64,000 bases of DNA from Eledone cirrhosa (Eukaryota), in the NCBI GenBank assembly GCA_964016885.1, contig OZ024741.1, positions 278,256,001-278,320,000 on the forward strand. Direction: 5' to 3'. Positions 61,757-64,000 of this stretch are shown piece after piece. The notes under the pieces are model-generated. The model saw only the letters and a list, made by a program, of their open reading frames with translations. It searched no databases and was not told the origin of the DNA. Both the position numbers and the translations under genes were made by a program. Each line of letters starts with the position of its first letter. Position 1 is the stretch's first letter.

Positions 61757-62820
61757 AAGGGCGGTGCATTGGTAGTATCGGTAGAGGGTCGGACGCCATG
61801 CTTTGACGCATAGAGTTACGTCCCTTGCCATTCTGAGTTCAAATCCCGCCGAGATTAACTTTGCCTTTCATCCTTACGGGGTCAATAAAATAAAGTACCA
61901 GTAATGCACTGGGATAATTGCTGGCCTTGTGCTAAAAGTAGAAACAATTATTACTGGTAGAGTGTCGGACAATATGCTTTGCAGCATGTAGTTACTTTCC
62001 TTTATAGTCTGAGTTCAAATCCTGCCGAGGTTAGCTTGGCCTTTCATCTTTTCCAGGTTGATAAAATAAAGTACCAGTAACGCACTGGAATCAATTTAAT
62101 GGACTTTTCCCTCCTCCAAAATTATTGGCATTGTGCCTAAATCAGAAACTATTATTATTTTTTTGATATTACGGCCATTTACATTCTGAATTCAAATCAT
62201 GCCAAGGTCAACTTTGCCTTCCATTCTTCCGAGGTTGATAAAATAAAGTACCAATCCCATACTGGGGTTGATACAATCGAATTTCCTCTTCTCCCAAATT
62301 GCTGGCCTTGTGCCAATGTTAAAAACAGTTATTATTGTTATTATTAGGGTAGTGGATTGGCAGAATTGTTAGAGCATTGGACAACATGAGTTACGGCCCT
62401 TTATATTCTGAGTTCAAATCCTGCCAAGGTCGACTTTGCCTTTCATCCTTTTGAGGTTGATAAAATGAAGTATCAGTCAAGTACTGGAGTTGATATAATC
62501 AACTTTCCTCTCCCCACAAATTACAGGTCTTGTGCATAAATTAGAAACCGTAATTATGATTAGTAGACTCATTAGAGTGTTAGACAAATTCTTAGAAGCA
62601 TTTGTTCCAGCTCTTCATATTTGAATCCTGCTGAAGTCAACTTTGCCTTTCATCCTTTAGGATTCAATAAAATAAACTATCAATCAAACACTGGGTTTGA
62701 TGTAATTGACTTTTACCCCACTGCCTAAATTGCTGGCCTTGTGCCTAAACTAGAAACCATTATTATTAATGTAAGGGTAGTGGATTGGCAGTATCAGTAG
62801 AGCATATAGTTACGTCCCTT
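61757..62820 (+). mobile_element. Head-to-tail cluster of about 6 tRNA-derived SINEs
   Basis: Repeated gagttcaaatcc B-box, gcctttcatcc..gataaaataaagtaccag core and ggccttgtgcc..gaaac.attatt tail; dispersed copies at e.g. 48247-48467, 50845-50995, 45745-45955(-). Confidence 0.8.
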
Positions 62821-63271
62821 TCTCATTATTCTGTTTGTTTTTTCATCAAATATTTTGTTGTTTTGCCTTAACTTGCTGAACATTTATTTTCAATCATATC
62901 TAGTTCTAGTGGTTCATTTATTTTCATCATTTCTGCACTGATTTGATTGGACTCTAGCGTTTATATTGCTTCACTCTGTAGCTACATAGCTGCTTTCAAA
63001 CAGCTATGGAACTTTTTTGATTTGGCTGTGTTTATCTCAATAATTTCCCTTTCTGGTTTTGAACAATTATTTAAATTTGTATTAACCCTTCTCATACCAA
63101 ATTGCTTAAAACCGACCTTGATTTATAATTAAATGAATCATGTTACCATATTCGATACAAATTGCATCGGTCTTTGTTGTAGGAGGGGACTATGGCCAAT
63201 ATAAGCCTTCCTTTTCACTAGTAAATTAAAATCAGTACGGCACTTGAGAACCTATAACATTTTCAAGCAGG

Positions 63272-63620
63272 GGTCCCATGTAAACATAGTATGGCTCCAT
63301 GCAAGCTTAGTATGGTCCCATAGCAACTTTATTATGGTCCCATGCAAGTTTAGTATGGTCCCATACAAGCTCAGTATGGTCCCATGCAAACTTAGAATGG
63401 TCCTATGCAAGCTTAGTATGGTCCCATGCAAGTTTAGTATGGTCCCATACAAGCTTAGTATGGTCCCATACAAGCTTAGTATGGTCCTATGCAAGCTTAG
63501 TACGGCTCCATTGAAGCTTAGTATGGTCCCATGCAACGTTAATATGGCTCCATGAAAACTTAGTATACAAGCTTAGTATGGTAATATACAAGCTTAGTAT
63601 GGACCTCTGTAAGCTTAGTC
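63272..63620. repeat. 21-bp minisatellite (tatggtcccatgcaagcttag)n, about 15 units
   Basis: Direct sequence. Confidence 0.9.
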
Positions 63621-64000
63621 CAGCTCCTGCTATACACCATATACACTTCCTGGCGCTTTTCTACTCTGTCTCTATCTTCCTTTGTCTTTTCTCTTATTTC
63701 TATCTCTCTTTCCAGCACACCTTTTAATTTTCCCACTTATTCTCTCACCCACTTAGGCACTCACATATCTATACACAGTTAGTTACACACAGAGTTAGAC
63801 ATACATACATAATTATACACACACTTGCAGTTATACATACACACAGATCTAACTGCATACACACATAATATATATGCACATGCAGTTATACACATATATA
63901 CATAAATGATTATATACACACACAGTTATATTGAAACAGTCTTATATACACAGCTATACACTAACACAGTTTTTTAATATATATATATATATTATGAAAG

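Noticed and set aside
63244-63555. Heptad-repeat ORF (SMVPYKL)n
   Set aside because: Translation of a 21-bp minisatellite with no coding support

Overview
Eukaryotic, AT-rich, repeat-dense animal genomic DNA. A cephalopod/octopus origin is inferred from the repeat types and not verified. The window holds 10 consecutive + strand exons of an axonemal dynein heavy chain (DNAH6-like, linker region up to the start of AAA1). The first intron (1062-28507, 27.4 kb) contains an internally deleted Gypsy LTR element and a ~23 kb array of a 48-bp AT-rich satellite. That array is invaded, almost always at or beside the same GAT(AT)n tract of the unit, by RTE-clade LINEs with a PHD finger inside the RT ORF, a SINE sharing their 3' tail, and two non-autonomous Helitrons. 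A ~6.9 kb satellite+LINE block is tandemly duplicated. Later introns contain a POGK-like pogo transposon with a nested LTR remnant, two Penelope-like GIY-YIG elements, hammerhead-ribozyme motifs in fold-back structures at (TA)n tracts, TTAA MITEs and many tRNA-derived SINEs. Most long ORFs in the track are repeat-derived. All calls come from reading motifs by eye, and repeat boundaries are approximate unless junction motifs are quoted.
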